NCBI GenBank assembly: GCA_965644495.1
Contig: CBFFSA010000019.1
Coordinates: forward strand, 62,001 to 126,000
Source of the DNA: Perkinsela sp. CCAP 1560/9
Taxonomy: Eukaryota > Protista > Euglenozoa: Kinetoplastea
Direction: 5' to 3'
DNA length: 64,000 bases
Positions 1-13,411 of the stretch are shown in pieces. A program made the translations under genes and the position numbers. Within the stretch, counting starts at the first letter, position 1. Every line of letters starts with the position of its first letter. The notes beneath the pieces were generated by a model. It made no database searches and had not been told where the DNA came from. It saw only the letters and a program-made list of their open reading frames with translations.

Positions 1-738
1 GTTGGTCAGTACGTATTGACGCGGAAGGGTGAAAAGGATAAAGTGAATGAAAAAGTGAAGGGTTCAATGTACAGGGTTCAATGTACGGTACGGTGAGAAC
101 CCATTTTTGTGTCTCGTGTCGACTCTCGGTTACTACGCAGAAGCACAATCATAGACCGTTCATCAAGTACATGAATAAATACATGGTATTATTGGTATAC
201 GGCCGTGATGGAGGCTTGAGCCTAAATTCCCGTTGTCGAGATTGATCTATCTGAACCTCAACCTCTCTGAGGTCTATTTCATTTTCATGAAGTCTTCCTC
301 CAAAAATCAATAATGAGGTTCAATAATGAGGTCTATAGCTCCTTCGTGCTTTAGAATATTACAGCACCGTTCGACTGAACTTGGAACAGCTCTACCTTTC
401 GCACATACTTTGTACTCTACGAATTTCGCTACCGTTGGAACTTTCTGTGCCAGGTACTATACAGAAGTAAATTCGCCCATTACCCATCGTGTCACACCGC
501 CAAGCTTAGGAGTCTCACATGCACATGTCGTTTTCGCTTTCTCGAGTTCCTCCAAGATGTGGGGCACTAATATTGTGAGGGCTGTGTGCTTTTCTGTATG
601 TGTTTTTTCCGAGCTCAGCGTGAAGTGAGACCGCGAGACGCGGGACGTAACGCTTTAACAGATAAAGCATTAAACATATAAATTTATGTCGCCTGAAGGA
701 GTGGAGCTTATGGAACGTGTCATTGTGTTTAGTTTCTT

Positions 739-816
739 CCCCCCTTTATTATGATTCGCCCCGCTTTAATGTGCACAAACTCCAAAACAGTGTGCATATT
801 AAAGGGGGGGGCGCAG
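739..816. mobile_element. Isolated right end (hairpin/TIR) of a pogo-like MITE
   Basis: ctttaatgtgcac...gtgcatattaaaggggggggcgcag-TA resembles the right end at 29174-29237 (ctttaatacggac...gtccgtattaaagggggggtcacag-TA). Confidence 0.55.
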
Positions 817-978
817 TACTGCGTTCCTCTTTATACATGTATGTTTATACATGTATGTTTGCTATTTTTGTTCACTTTTACTTCAATAAGCAAGGTTGGA
901 GCTGTAGTTATAATTATTCGCAATAATTCCTCATGGGGGGGTGAATCTTCAACTTGGTTAATCAAGAACCCTTGCATA

Positions 979-1788
979 ATGTATGTTTTTTGCATTGATG
1001 ACGAATCCGATTTGCGTCGGGGTAAAGTGACCTCTCTGCTACTACCCCAAGAGGATATGTTGGAACGATTTATTTCGAACCTAACTAAAACGCATAAATC
1101 CTGGCGCACAACAACAAAACAAATGTTTGGACGTGTCAAACGTGTATCGGTATGCCAATGGCGGGGTGTGGCATGTCACAAAGATCAAACAGTGAGCCAA
1201 ATTGAATGGTTTTCAATGAAACTTTCTGGCACCTTACAGTGGGAGTTCTTGCCGTATACGTTGCAATGTTGTAACCTTGTCAATAACAGACTAGGCGGCT
1301 CTCTTCAACTTGACATATTGCCAGCACAACTTACATATTTAACACTATCGGTGAACACCTTTATCGGTGAGTTAAACTTAACCCAATTGCCAAACACATT
1401 GCACACACTTGAGTTGCGTGACAACCAATTTGAAGGAAGTGTTAATCTCACGAATCTGTGTTCTGCGTTGAAGTTTTTATACCTTCACGAAAATAAACTT
1501 TCTGGTGCCGTCGATCTTTCTCACCTGCCGAAGAATTTACAATACTTACAATTGTCCAGGAACAGACTTACAGGATCGCTTTCCTTGCAGCACTTACCTT
1601 CATCGCTGACGTATTTTCTTTCGGATCACAACTGTTTCTCCGGTTTAGTTGTGTTTGGCTGTCTTCCTGAAAACTTGCAGTTTTTGTCAATGAGCAACAA
1701 CGTGGGCCTTTACGGCGAGATTGATTCGTCTGTTCTTCCGAAGACTTTACAACTTGACTTCTGCAATACCAACATTCGCTATAAGTAA
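979..1788 (+). CDS. Leucine-rich repeat protein (expanded family, copy 1)
   Basis: ORF 751..1788; likely ATG at 979 by comparison with paralogs. Has the cap motif CQWRGVAC and repeated LxxLxLxxNxLxGxLxLxxLP units. Confidence 0.85.
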   Translation: MYVFCIDDESDLRRGKVTSLLLPQEDMLERFISNLTKTHKSWRTTTKQMFGRVKRVSVCQWRGVACHKDQTVSQIEWFSMKLSGTLQWEFLPYTLQCCNLVNNRLGGSLQLDILPAQLTYLTLSVNTFIGELNLTQLPNTLHTLELRDNQFEGSVNLTNLCSALKFLYLHENKLSGAVDLSHLPKNLQYLQLSRNRLTGSLSLQHLPSSLTYFLSDHNCFSGLVVFGCLPENLQFLSMSNNVGLYGEIDSSVLPKTLQLDFCNTNIRYK

Positions 1789-2042
1789 AACAGTGAAAAA
1801 TATGAAAGTGAAAACGAAGAGCCATTTTCAGAACCCGACCACAAGGGTCTACTGATAGGAGTAGGGCGTTTTTCAACACTCTCACTCCCTCTACCCTCCC
1901 TAAATCCTCCAGTGCTCATTCTTCCAAACCTTTTTTTGTCCCAATACTTATTTTTATCTCTCTTCTTCATTTTTTTATCTCTCTTCTTCATGTTTTGAAT
2001 TCAATCCAAAACGATTGGCCGTTCGATTTACGCGATCTTCCG

Positions 2043-2447
2043 ATGCAACGACGTCCCATTCCTCCATCCCCTCCCCTCACACAGTTCCATTCTATACGAC
2101 ACGATGAAAAAAAAGAAAATGATGAAAAAGGAAAGGAAGACGAAGGGAATGCGCTTCCCGTGTTGGTTCTGCGCACACGAGTTCGCCTGGAGGGCCCCGA
2201 GGGCTCCGGCCCTCACGTGTCGTGGGCGCCCGATGTCGTGGAACGGAAAAACCAGAAAACATCAAAGAAATGCTGCGTGTTCCATCCCGCATGGAAATTG
2301 TCGAATCACGAAATAGAGAACAGCGACCAGGAGGAGGAGGAGGAGCGCATGGGGAAGAATCAAAAGGAAAGAATGCCGGATGTTGAAGGGCGAGCCCATC
2401 CGGTGTGCTCTAGGGCGGCTTGCTTCTGTGATACTACGCTGCCGTGA
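2043..2447 (+). CDS. Protein phosphatase 1 inhibitor-3 (Ypi1/PPP1R11-like)
   Basis: RVxF-type HVSW followed by DVVERKNQKTSKKCCVFH, the Ypi1 signature. Long pyrimidine tract upstream; first ATG at 2043. Confidence 0.75.
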   Translation: MQRRPIPPSPPLTQFHSIRHDEKKENDEKGKEDEGNALPVLVLRTRVRLEGPEGSGPHVSWAPDVVERKNQKTSKKCCVFHPAWKLSNHEIENSDQEEEEERMGKNQKERMPDVEGRAHPVCSRAACFCDTTLP

Positions 2448-2743
2448 ATCTTCGGTTCGTTGTTCTTTTCGCTTGTTTCTCGTATTGTAGCTTGCAGTTC
2501 TTTTGTCAAGTCTTCCTACTTCAGTGTTTGTAGGGTAACTTTAGCATGGGAAACATTAATTAACCCTTTTTTGTCTCCTACTTCTACAGATTTTCCTTTT
2601 TTGTTGCGATTAGTGAAAAGGTGGAAGAGTACATGCAGTCTAAATCTACGTCCCTTCCCCCCACCCCCCATCCCGTCAATACTTCGCATTCCTGTTCTGG
2701 CACTGAGATAAGGAGGTACATTGTCTTTTTTCTATTTTGTAAA

Positions 2744-3366
2744 GGGGGGGTACACCCACTATTGGCAAACTGTTTTGCCAATAGTGGGTGGTTTTTACCC
2801 CCTTTGTCCAATAGTGGGTGATTTTTAATTCTGATCACCCACTCTTGGACAAAGGGGTTTTACAAACGCATTCAAAATTCCTCTTTTACCGCAACGATTT
2901 CGACAAATTGTTCTATTTCTTCTACTGAAAACCCCCGAAGGCCCCCGACGTGCGGACACCCACCCCCTACGCCATATGCGCCTCCTGTGGAGGCTCCCGA
3001 GCCAAATCTCTCTTACTGGGGGATCTCTTACTGGGGGGTGTAAGGTAGTAGGAAAATCGTTGTGACATTTCTCGTCATCTTCGAAATCGGACGCAAAATC
3101 ACTTTCGATGTCAGAGTACACTTCTACACCGATATCACCTGAGTTATCACTTAATTTATAATTTACTATTCCTTTATGGCGGCAGCCTTCAAGGTGTCCA
3201 TTAGTTGCTACTAATTAGAAAGTTGCTACATTTAGAAATTCCATCTTAACAAATTTTGAGGTAATTAATTATTTACCAATAGTGGGTGAGTTTTCCAATA
3301 GTGGGTGATTTCCAAGAGTGGGTGATTTTCAAGAGTGGGTGATTGCCAATAGTGGGTGTACCCCCC
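2744..3366. mobile_element. MITE with TIRs and subterminal repeats
   Basis: ggggggtacacccactattggcaa ... ttgccaatagtgggtgtacccccc; several ccaatagtgggtg copies near both ends. Confidence 0.75.
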
Positions 3367-4324
3367 TTTTAGTGTAGCAGCATTTAGAAATCTCGTTTTT
3401 GGACGGCAGGGAGATTGGAGACCGCAGCGAGATCGTACTGAATCCCCACCCGCAGCCCCTCAGATGGTAGCGAACGTACACCGGTTCGCAATCTTACAGT
3501 CCTAAGTCGTCTCCAAACCAAAGTTAACTTTGTGTATACTGCAACGTAAGCCCCGTGACAATCGCTTATTGAAAACGTATCGCCCTACTCTAACTAGAGA
3601 ATTAGTGTACTATCACTGCAGGAAAAGAAAACAAAATTAATATCCAATATTACACCCCCCGTTCTACGATACCTTGTTCACACGTTTTAAGTACTCTGAA
3701 CACATTTTTTGGCCGCTACTTTTTTGTTTCTACTTTTTGGGGCGAAGTGCTTCTTTCATGTAGCTTGCCATCATGGCTCGAATGTTATCCACAGGGTTCA
3801 GGTCAGGATACTTAGGAAGCCTCCTAAGTGCCTGTGGAACATCTGTGACTTTGTGATGGTGTGCGTCGGGGCGTCATCCGGGTGAAGTACCGCGTGTCTG
3901 TGATCGCGAATGTATCGTACAAAACCGATGTCTTTCGAAGCCTCCATGGGTAGCAATGTGTCGCGTCCATAACATACTCCCCGTCATTAATAATGATTAT
4001 CTTAAAAAAATCCAGGTATAAAGGGGCGAGGGCAACAGATGGATGCAACAGGTGTAGCAGATTCCCAATGAAAGGAAATCGTATCTCCCTGCACGAAGTT
4101 GGCTCCAAGCTAGCAAGCGCATTGGTAGGCATTTCTCGTGCAGGGAGATGCGATTTCTTTTCAGTGGTAATCTTCTACATCTGTTGCTTCGTATCTCCCT
4201 CGCCCCTTTATACCTGAATTCTACAAAAACAGTTTCGTCGTATCAATCAGTAAAATTCGTGGGCGTTCTCGCAGCAATAATTGCCAACACAATGCCAATC
4301 TTCTTCTAAAAAGTGGCTTCTGGC

Positions 4325-4465
4325 AAAGTGGTCAGTTGGCCACCTCCTAAAAGAGTGACCACCTGGCCATCCTCTGAAAAAGTGACCATCTGGCCACCCC
4401 CTGAAAAAGTGTCCACCTGGCCACCCCCTGAAATTGTGCCAGGGGGTGGCCAGCTGGCCACCTTT
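4325..4465. repeat. ~27-bp tandem repeat x4 plus one inverted copy
   Basis: Units of gaaaaagtgaccatctggccaccccct followed by agggggtggccagctggccacttttt-like sequence. Confidence 0.7.
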
Positions 4466-7400
4466 TCAAGGCCGAGAAAATCATACCTTTTTTTCGTTTA
4501 TTTGGTATGCCGTCGGCGAGTGAAATGTGTTTCAAAAAAAAGATAGTTCTGGAAGTTAGTTAAGGAGCTCAAAAATATTCCCCAAACTTTGAAACAGCTG
4601 TAGTCTGTCAATTTTGGGAACGTAATCAAGCATCTTTTTTTCGGATTTGAAATGTTCGTCTCTGAGTCGCACTCCGAGTCGCGTTTTTGGTAAAAGGGTT
4701 CTAAAAACTGCTTACTGTACTCGATTTTTTTCATTTTTGGAGTATTACAGATTGATTAATGAGCCATACCCCTGTTTTTAAAATTTCAAAAAAAATGTTT
4801 TTGTGCTCGTTTTATGCCCATTTCGGGTTCGCGGAATTAACCTTAGTAAGCGAGTTAGATACTCACCGTATCTCCCTCAATATCATTCTATGTGGTGAAA
4901 ACTCTTAAAAAATTATCAACTTATTTTCGTGCACGCAGGATTTTCGTATATTATTTTTGTGTCTCAAAAAAACTTTTCTTTGAACTAAAAAAGTATCAAC
5001 TTATTTTCATGTTTTAGACCGCATTTTAGTATTTTTCCATGACTTCTCGATCACTGAAAAAGAAGCGCCCATTAGAAGAATCGGGTTCTATTGAAACGTT
5101 TACAAGCTTTGGGGAACGGCCTTCCAAGTGGACTGCGGCAGACAGAAGCTACACTAGGTCATTAATAATGATAATGATAATAATAATTTCAAAGAAAATC
5201 TTTCTTGAGGATTATCATCATCATTATTAATGATGGGTAGTAACCCTCGGTAAAGGGGCCGCCCATTACGACTACAATTGAACGTTTTTTCATCGATTTA
5301 TATTTAACTTTTCGGCACTTTGCAGTGGAAGTTCTTGCCGTACACGACGCAGTTTTTTGGGCTGTACAATAATGAACTAGGAGGATCGCCTCAACTTGAC
5401 ATGCTTCCATTACAACTTATGTTGTAATGCGTTGTGTTCTCCGGAACAAACATTCGTTATAAATAATACAATGTATGGAATGCGTTACTATTCGGTCCAC
5501 ACGCGAAGGCTTGGTAAAAGGGCCTTCCAAAAGTTTTTGGGGGAACGACCGTCCCTTTTGACCCTAAATTATTCAGTCCTAAGTCGTCTCCAAACAAACG
5601 TTTACTTTGTGTATACTGCCACGTAGGTCCCATGACAATCGCTTATTTAAAAATTATCGCCCTATTCCCTATTTTTCTGTTTACGAAACAAATGGATATA
5701 CACCCCCTTTCATTCGTAATGATAATTGAAAAAAGATTTTCACCTCGAACTGTGAAAATTACTCAAAAAATATCAAAAATAATTCATTCTATCATAACTC
5801 CTCCGTGACAGCTCGAGGTTTTTTCCGTCATCTCTTTATTCTTGTCTTGTTTTTTCCTTCGTAGACGTAAGTAACCCCCCCCCTCGCTTATATACACTGT
5901 ATACACTTACGGTTATACACTTATACTACTGTATAAATAATTTACACACTTACACTTATCTATCCAATATAAGATAGATCTCGTTGACATCTAGGAAGAA
6001 AGAGGAAGAAAGACCTTGTTTACCCGTCTGCAAGACGAAAACATCTGACGTTAGTGGGAATCAATTTGCGAAGCCCAACAATTCCACCATACCCAACCCG
6101 TAATAAAGCCAAGACCTTGTTTACCCGTCTGCACGATAACATCTGACGTTAGTGGGAAGCAATTTGCGAAGCCCAACAATTCCACCATACCGAACCCGTA
6201 ATAAAGCCAAGACCTTTACCCGTCTGCAAGACGAAAACGTCTGACGTTAGTGGGAAGCAATTTGCGAAGCCCAACAATTCCACCATACCCAACCCGTAAT
6301 AAAGCCAAGACCTTGTTTACCCGTCTCCGAGACGAAAACGTCTGACGTTAGTGGGGAGTATTATGCGAAGCCCAACAATTCCACCATACCCAACCCGTAA
6401 TAATGCCAAGACCTTGTTTACCCGTCTGCAAGACGAAAACGTCTGACGTTAGTGGGAAGCAATTTGCGAAGCCCAACAATTCCACCATACCCAACCCGTA
6501 ATAAAGCCAAGACCTTGTTTACCCGTCTGCACGATAACATCTGACGTTAGTGGGAAGCAATTTGCGAAGCCCAACAATTCCACCATACCGAACCCGTAAT
6601 AAAGCCAAGACCTTTACCCGTCTGCAAGACGAAAACGTCTGACGTTAGTGGGAAGCAATTTGCGAAGCCCAACAATTCCACCATACCCAACCCGTAATAA
6701 AGCCAAGACCTTGTTTACCCGTCTCCGAGACGAAAACGTCTGACGTTAGTGGGGAGTATTATGCGAAGCCCAACAATTCCACCATACCCAACCCGTAATA
6801 AAGCCAAGACCTTGTTTACCCGTCTCCGAGACGAAAACGTCTGACGTTAGTGGGGAGTATTATGCGAAGCCCAACAATTCCACCATACCCAACCCGTAAT
6901 AATGCCAAGACCTTGTTTACCCGTCTGCAAGACGAAAACGTCTGACGTTAGTGGGAAGCAATTTGCGAAGCCCAACAATTCCACCATACCCAACCCGTAA
7001 TAAAGCCAAGACCTTGTTTACCCGTCTCCGAGACGAAAACGTCTGACGTTAGTGGGGAGTATTATGCGAAGCCCAACAATTCCACCATACCCAACCCGTA
7101 ATAATGCCAAGACCTTGTTTACCCGTCTCCGAGACGAAAACGTCTGACGTTAGTGGGAAGCAATTTGCGAAGCCCAACAATTCCACCATACCCAACCCGT
7201 AATAAAGCCAAGACCTTGTTTACCCGTCTGCACGATAACATCTGACGTTAGTGGGAAGCAATTTGCGAAGCCCAACAATTCCACCATACCGAACCCGTAA
7301 TAAAGTCAAGACCTTCTTTACCCGTCTGCACGATAACAACGTCTGACGTTAGTGGGAAGCAATTTGCGAAGCCCAACAATTCCACCATACCCAACCCGTA

Positions 7401-8555
7401 ATAAAGCCAAGACCTTGTTTACCCGTCTGCACGATAACATCTGACGTTAGTGGGAAGCAATTTGCGAAGCCCAACAATTCCACCATACCGAACCCGTAAT
7501 AAAGCCAAGACCTTCTCTACCCGTCTGCACGATAACAACGTCTGACGTTAGTGGGAAGCAATTTGCGAAGCCCAACAATTCCACCATACCCAACCCGTAA
7601 TAAAGCCAAGACCTTGTTTACCCGTCTCCGAGACGAAAACGTCTGACGTTAGTGGGAAGCAATTTGCGAAGCCCAACAATTCCACCATACCCAACCCGTA
7701 ATTAAGCCAAGACCTTGTTTACCCATCTGCACGATAACATCTGACGTTAGTGGGAAGCAATTTGCGAAGGCCAACAATTCCACCATACCCAACCCGTAAT
7801 AAAGCCAAGACCTTGTTTACCCGTCTCCGAGACGAAAACGTCTGACGTTAGTGGGAAGCAATTTGCGAAGCCCAACAATTCCACCGTACACGTGGTTCAC
7901 TGACGTTCGTGGGAAGCAATTTGCGAAGGCCAACAATTCCACCATACCCAACCCGTAATAAAGCCAAGACCTTGTTTACCCGTCTGCAAGACGAAAACGT
8001 CTGACGTTAGTGGGAAGCAATTTGCGAAGCCCAACAATTCCACCATAACCAACCCGTAATAAAACGAAGACCTTGTTTACCCGTCTGCGAGACGAAAACG
8101 TCTGACGTTAGTGGGAAGCAATTTGCGAAGCCCAACAATTCCACCATACCCAACCCGTAATAAAGCCAAGACCTTGTTTACCCGTCTCCAAGACGAAAGC
8201 GTTTGACGTTAGTGGGAAGTACTATGCGAAGCATAACAATTCCACCATACCCAACCCGTAATAATGCCAAGACCTTGTTTACCCGTCTGCAAGACGAAAA
8301 CGTTTGACGTTAGTGGGAAGTATTATGCGAAGCATAACAATTCCACCATACCCAACCCGTAATAATGCCAAGACCTTGTTTACCCGTCTCCAAGACGAAA
8401 ACATCTGACGTTAGTGGGAAGCAATTTGCGAAGCCCAACAATTCCACCATACCCAACCCATAATAAAGCCAAGACCTTGTTTACCCGTCTCCAAGACGAA
8501 AACGTTTGACGTTAGTGGGAAGTATTATGCGAAGCATAACAATTCCACCATACCC

Positions 8556-9849
8556 GCGTTCGCAAGGACGCTCAACACTCTGTCATGTCGATACGTGTAG
8601 CGTCCTTGGTCTAAGGATGTCCTGCAACCTGAGAGCAGGTGCCTTAAGGTTTCGGGTTCTGAGTTGCAGATACGGCAAGACACACTATTTGCACCATTCT
8701 TCCCCCATGTTCTGAGCATGGTCCGGGTAGGAAGTGGGGCATCACATGTGTAGCGAATCTGCTCAGTGAAGTGCTCCTAAGGCCGTTAATGGCAGCTGCA
8801 AAATCTTTCGCCTGATCTTCCTCCGTGTTCGTGTCCCACCACTGTATGGCAACCGTGGTGCGGCGTCGCAGAGCGTTAATCATACGCTCCTCGTTCAGGT
8901 CAACGAGAGTTTTCCTGGCGCGAGATCGGTCGTTCAAGCAGTGCGTTATGTGAGTTGCGGGCCGTATTTGTCCTTTCAAGCGTCTCTCCTCTTCTTCCCG
9001 TATTTTGTTCCGAAGCACAGCTGCGGCAGCCGGATCTTTGGATTTCTTTAACTGGCACATAAGGTCTGCAGTACATTCATGCCACAGTTGCGACAGGCTC
9101 CTCAGTCCCCAGCCGCGCGATGAGTAAATTGCTTCGGGACTAGAGCCACGCGCCACGTTAATCCAACGCCGCAGGAAGTTGGTACAGAGTTTCTGGAGTC
9201 GGAGGACAAAGTTCATAGTGATGCACGGGTGGATCGTAAGCGAGAAGCGCAAGCGGGAGATAATGGCATGCTGATATATCCATAGTCGCGAAGGGAGGTC
9301 GTGGGCGCTCTTATCGATGTTTCTGAGCCATGACTTAATGAAAGGACGTAGCTTCATGAACAGCGCACGGGACTGTTGTGCTCCAGGGGCGATGGTCATG
9401 CCCAGAAAGGTGCTACCTGCATCACAGATTTGGGGAATGGGAATGTGATTGACCAGAATTTGTGAACGGCGTGTCATGTAACCTGGGTGTTCATCGTCCG
9501 GTCGCACGGCCATGCATTGTACCCTACTCTTTTTCACTTTTATAGATAAACCTATTTTGCGGAGGATTGAGGATAGGGCTCCAAATGCGATTTGTGACTC
9601 CTTCGGGTTGGTGGTGAGGACCGTGAGATCGTCAGCGTAGGCCTTTATAAAGCAATTCGCATTTGCCTAGCAGATCGAGTCCGTACGCGGGAAAGTTAAG
9701 TGTCATATAACGCACTACTTCCATGACGATAAGGAATAGAGACGGGGAGAGGGTGTCGACTTGGAGTACCCCACATTGCATAGGAATTGTAGAGGAGAGA
9801 CCTTCATAACACTTTATTTGCGTAGACGCTCCGTTATATAAACTACTGA
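8556..9849 (-). mobile_element. HERO-like RLE non-LTR retrotransposon, copy 1 (5' and 3' truncated, frameshifted)
   Basis: RT motifs GVLQVDTLSP and frameshifted AYADD; CCHC CRICNSEPETLRHLLSGC and QGRYTYRHD; endonuclease part missing. Confidence 0.85.
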
Positions 9850-10716
9850 GGTTAGTGGGAAGCAATTTGCGAAGCCCAACAATTCCACCATACCCAACCC
9901 GTAATAAAGCCAAGACCTTGTTTACCCGTCTGCAAGACGAAAACGTCTGACGTTAGTGGGAAGCAATTTGCGAAGCCCAACAATTCCACCATACCCAACC
10001 CGTAATAAAGCCAAGACCTTGTTTACCCGTCTGCACGATAACAACGTCTGACGTTCGTGGGAAGCAATTTGCGAAGCCCAGCAATTCCACCGTACACGTA
10101 GTTCACTGACGTTCGTGGGAAGCAATTTGCGAAGCATAACAATTTCACCTTACCCAACCCGTAATAAAGCCAAGACCTTGTTTACCCGTCTGCAAGACGA
10201 AAACGTCTGACGTTAGTGGGAAGCAATTTGCGAAGCATAACAATTCCACCATACCCAACCCGTAATAAAACCAAGACCTTGTTTATCCGTCTGCACGATA
10301 ACAACGTCTGACGTTCGTGGGAAGCAATTTGCGAAGCCCAACAATTCCACCGTACACGTGGTTCACTGACGTTCGTGGGAAGCAATTTGCGAAGCATAAC
10401 AATTTCACCGTACCCAACCCGTAATAGCCAAGACCTTGTTTACCGTCTGCAAGACGAAAACGTCTGACGTTAGTGGGAAGCAATTTGCGAAGCATAACAA
10501 TTCCACCATACCCAACCCGTAATAAAACGAAGACCTTGTTTACCCGTCTGCGAGACGAAAACGTCTGACGTTAGTGGGAAGCAATTTGCGAAGCCCAACA
10601 ATTCCACCGTACACGTGGTTCACTGACGTTAGTGGGAAGCAATTTGCGAAGCCCAACAATTCCACCATACCCAACCCATAATAAAGCCAAGACCTTGTTT
10701 ACCCGTCTGCAAGACG

Positions 10717-12544
10717 TATTTATTCAATACAGAATCATATTTAGATTTGCAGAGGTAAATTTCTACCTATGCTACGGTCGCATACGACGACCCCGCATAG
10801 GCTGTTTTACTAGCCTAGCCGCCCCCTTTCCAGTCGGGTGATTCCCGGTTTAGCCAAATAACAAAGCTACTACGAATTGCTTCGCGTATGGCTTCAAGTT
10901 GGCATTCCGTGGACAGCCCTTTGTCACTCCCAAAAAGGCGGGCTACCTGCCGAAGAGGGGAAGCCGGCAATCCTCTTACACCCACCTCCATACACAGCAG
11001 ATGTGTGTTCGGGTGGTCCATCCTGCGGCGATGCAATATATTCTGATATTTTTCCGTTTTGCGGCAGTGTGCCTCCGCGATGTTGTCTGTCCAGGGTACG
11101 GTCAGTTCAACGATAAATTCAGTTCCATCGTGAAGCCTGACCAGGCCATCTGGACGCAGAGTGATTTCTAGGTCTGCCCACCAGCTTGGGAGGTTACGGA
11201 GGCCCTCGAGGTCGAATGAGGCCCAGGAGGTGTTGGGGGAGCCGACGATCGCGTTCGCAAGGACGCTCAACACTCTGTCATGTCGATACGTGTAGCGTCC
11301 TTGGTCTAAGGATGTCCTGCAACCTGAGAGCAGGTGCCTTAAGGTTTCGGGTTCTGAGTTGCAGATACGGCAAGACACACTATTTGCACCATTCTTCCCC
11401 CATGTTCTGAGCATGGTCCGGGTAGGAAGTGGGGCATCACATGTGTAGCGAATCTGCTCAGTGAAGTGCTCCTAAGGCCGTTAATGGCAGCTGCAAAATT
11501 TTTCGCCTGATCTTCCTCCGTGTTCGTGTCCCACCACTGTATGGCAACCGTGGTGCGGCGTCGCAGAGCGTTAATCATACGCTCCTCGTTCAGGTCAACG
11601 AGAGTTTTCCTGGGGCGAGATCGGTCGTTCAAGCAGTGCGTTATGTGAGTTGCGGGCCGTATTTGTCCTTTCAAGCGTCTCTCCTCTTCTTCCCGTATTT
11701 TGTTCCGAAGCACAGCTGCGGCAGCCGGATCTTTGGATTTCTTTAACTGGCACATAAGGTCTGCAGTACATTCATGCCACAGTTGCGACAGGCTCCTCAG
11801 TCCCCAGCCGCGCGATGAGTAAATTGCTTCGGGACTAGAGCCACGCGCCACGTTAATCCAACGCCGCAGGAAGTTGGTACAGAGTTTCTGGAGTCGGAGG
11901 ACAAAGTTCATAGTGATGCACGGGTGGATCGTAAGCGAGAAGCGCAAGCGGGAGATAATGGCATGCTGATATATCCATAGTCGCGAAGGGAGGTCGTGGG
12001 CGCTCTTATCGATGTTTCTGAGCCATGACTTAATGAAAGGACGTAGCTTCATGAACAGCGCACGGGACTGTTGTGCTCCAGGGGCGATGGTCATGCCCAG
12101 AAAGGTGCTACCTGCATCACAGATTTGGGGAATGGGAATGTGATTGACCAGAATTTGTGAACGGCGTGTCATGTAACCTGGGTGTTCATCGTCCGGTCGC
12201 ACGGCCATGCATTGTACCCTACTCTTTTTCACTTTTATAGATAAACCTATTTTGCGGAGGATTGAGGATAGGGCTCCAAATGCGATTTGTGACTCCTTCG
12301 GGTTGGTGGTGAGGACCGTGAGATCGTCAGCGTAGGCCTTTATAAAGCAATTCGCATTTGCCTAGCAGATCGAGTCCGTACGCGGGAAAGTTAAGTGTCA
12401 TATAACGCACTACTTCCATGACGATAAGGAATAGAGACGGGGAGAGGGTGTCGACTTGGAGTACCCCACATTGCATAGGAATTGTAGAGGAGAGACCTTC
12501 ATAACACTTTATTTGCGTAGACGCTCCGTTATATAAACTACTGA
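10717..12544 (-). mobile_element. HERO-like RLE non-LTR retrotransposon, copy 2 (5' truncated)
   Basis: RT C-terminal half, CCHC, RHD motif, PD-(D/E)xK-type endonuclease RPDG...IVELTVPW...RKTEKY, and a 3' UTR ending in AATAAA. Confidence 0.9.
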
Positions 12545-13411
12545 GGTTAGTGGGAAGCAATTTGCGAAGCCCAACAATTCCACCATACCCAACCCGTAAT
12601 AAAGCCAAGACCTTGTTTACCCGTCTGCAAGACGAAAACGTCTGACGTTAGTGGGAAGCAATTTGCGAAGCCCAACAATTCCACCATACCCAACCCGTAA
12701 TAAAGCCAAGACCTTGTTTACCCGTCTGCACGATAACAACGTCTGACGTTCGTGGGAAGCAATTTGCGAAGCCCAGCAATTCCACCGTACACGTAGTTCA
12801 CTGACGTTCGTGGGAAGCAATTTGCGAAGCATAACAATTTCACCTTACCCAACCCGTAATAAAGCCAAGACCTTGTTTACCCGTCTGCAAGACGAAAACG
12901 TCTGACGTTAGTGGGAAGCAATTTGCGAAGCATAACAATTCCACCATACCCAACCCGTAATAAAACCAAGACCTTGTTTATCCGTCTGCACGATAACAAC
13001 GTCTGACGTTCGTGGGAAGCAATTTGCGAAGCCCAACAATTCCACCGTACACGTGGTTCACTGACGTTCGTGGGAAGCAATTTGCGAAGCATAACAATTT
13101 CACCGTACCCAACCCGTAATAGCCAAGACCTTGTTTACCGTCTGCAAGACGAAAACGTCTGACGTTAGTGGGAAGCAATTTGCGAAGCATAACAATTCCA
13201 CCATACCCAACCCGTAATAAAACGAAGACCTTGTTTACCCGTCTGCGAGACGAAAACGTCTGACGTTAGTGGGAAGCAATTTGCGAAGCCCAACAATTCC
13301 ACCGTACACGTGGTTCACTGACGTTAGTGGGAAGCAATTTGCGAAGCCCAACAATTCCACCATACCCAACCCATAATAAAGCCAAGACCTTGTTTACCCG
13401 TCTGCAAGACG

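Noticed and set aside
751-978. N-terminal extension of LRR copy 1
   Set aside because: It begins inside a MITE end, and the homologous region of copy 4 is not in frame.
6011-8555. CRISPR array
   Set aside because: Whole monomers repeat with no unique spacers and no cas genes.
9632-10495. Short ORFs in the satellite, including the satellite-RT fusion MALLRVGYGG...
   Set aside because: Chance reading frames with non-ATG starts; the fusion stops before YADD.
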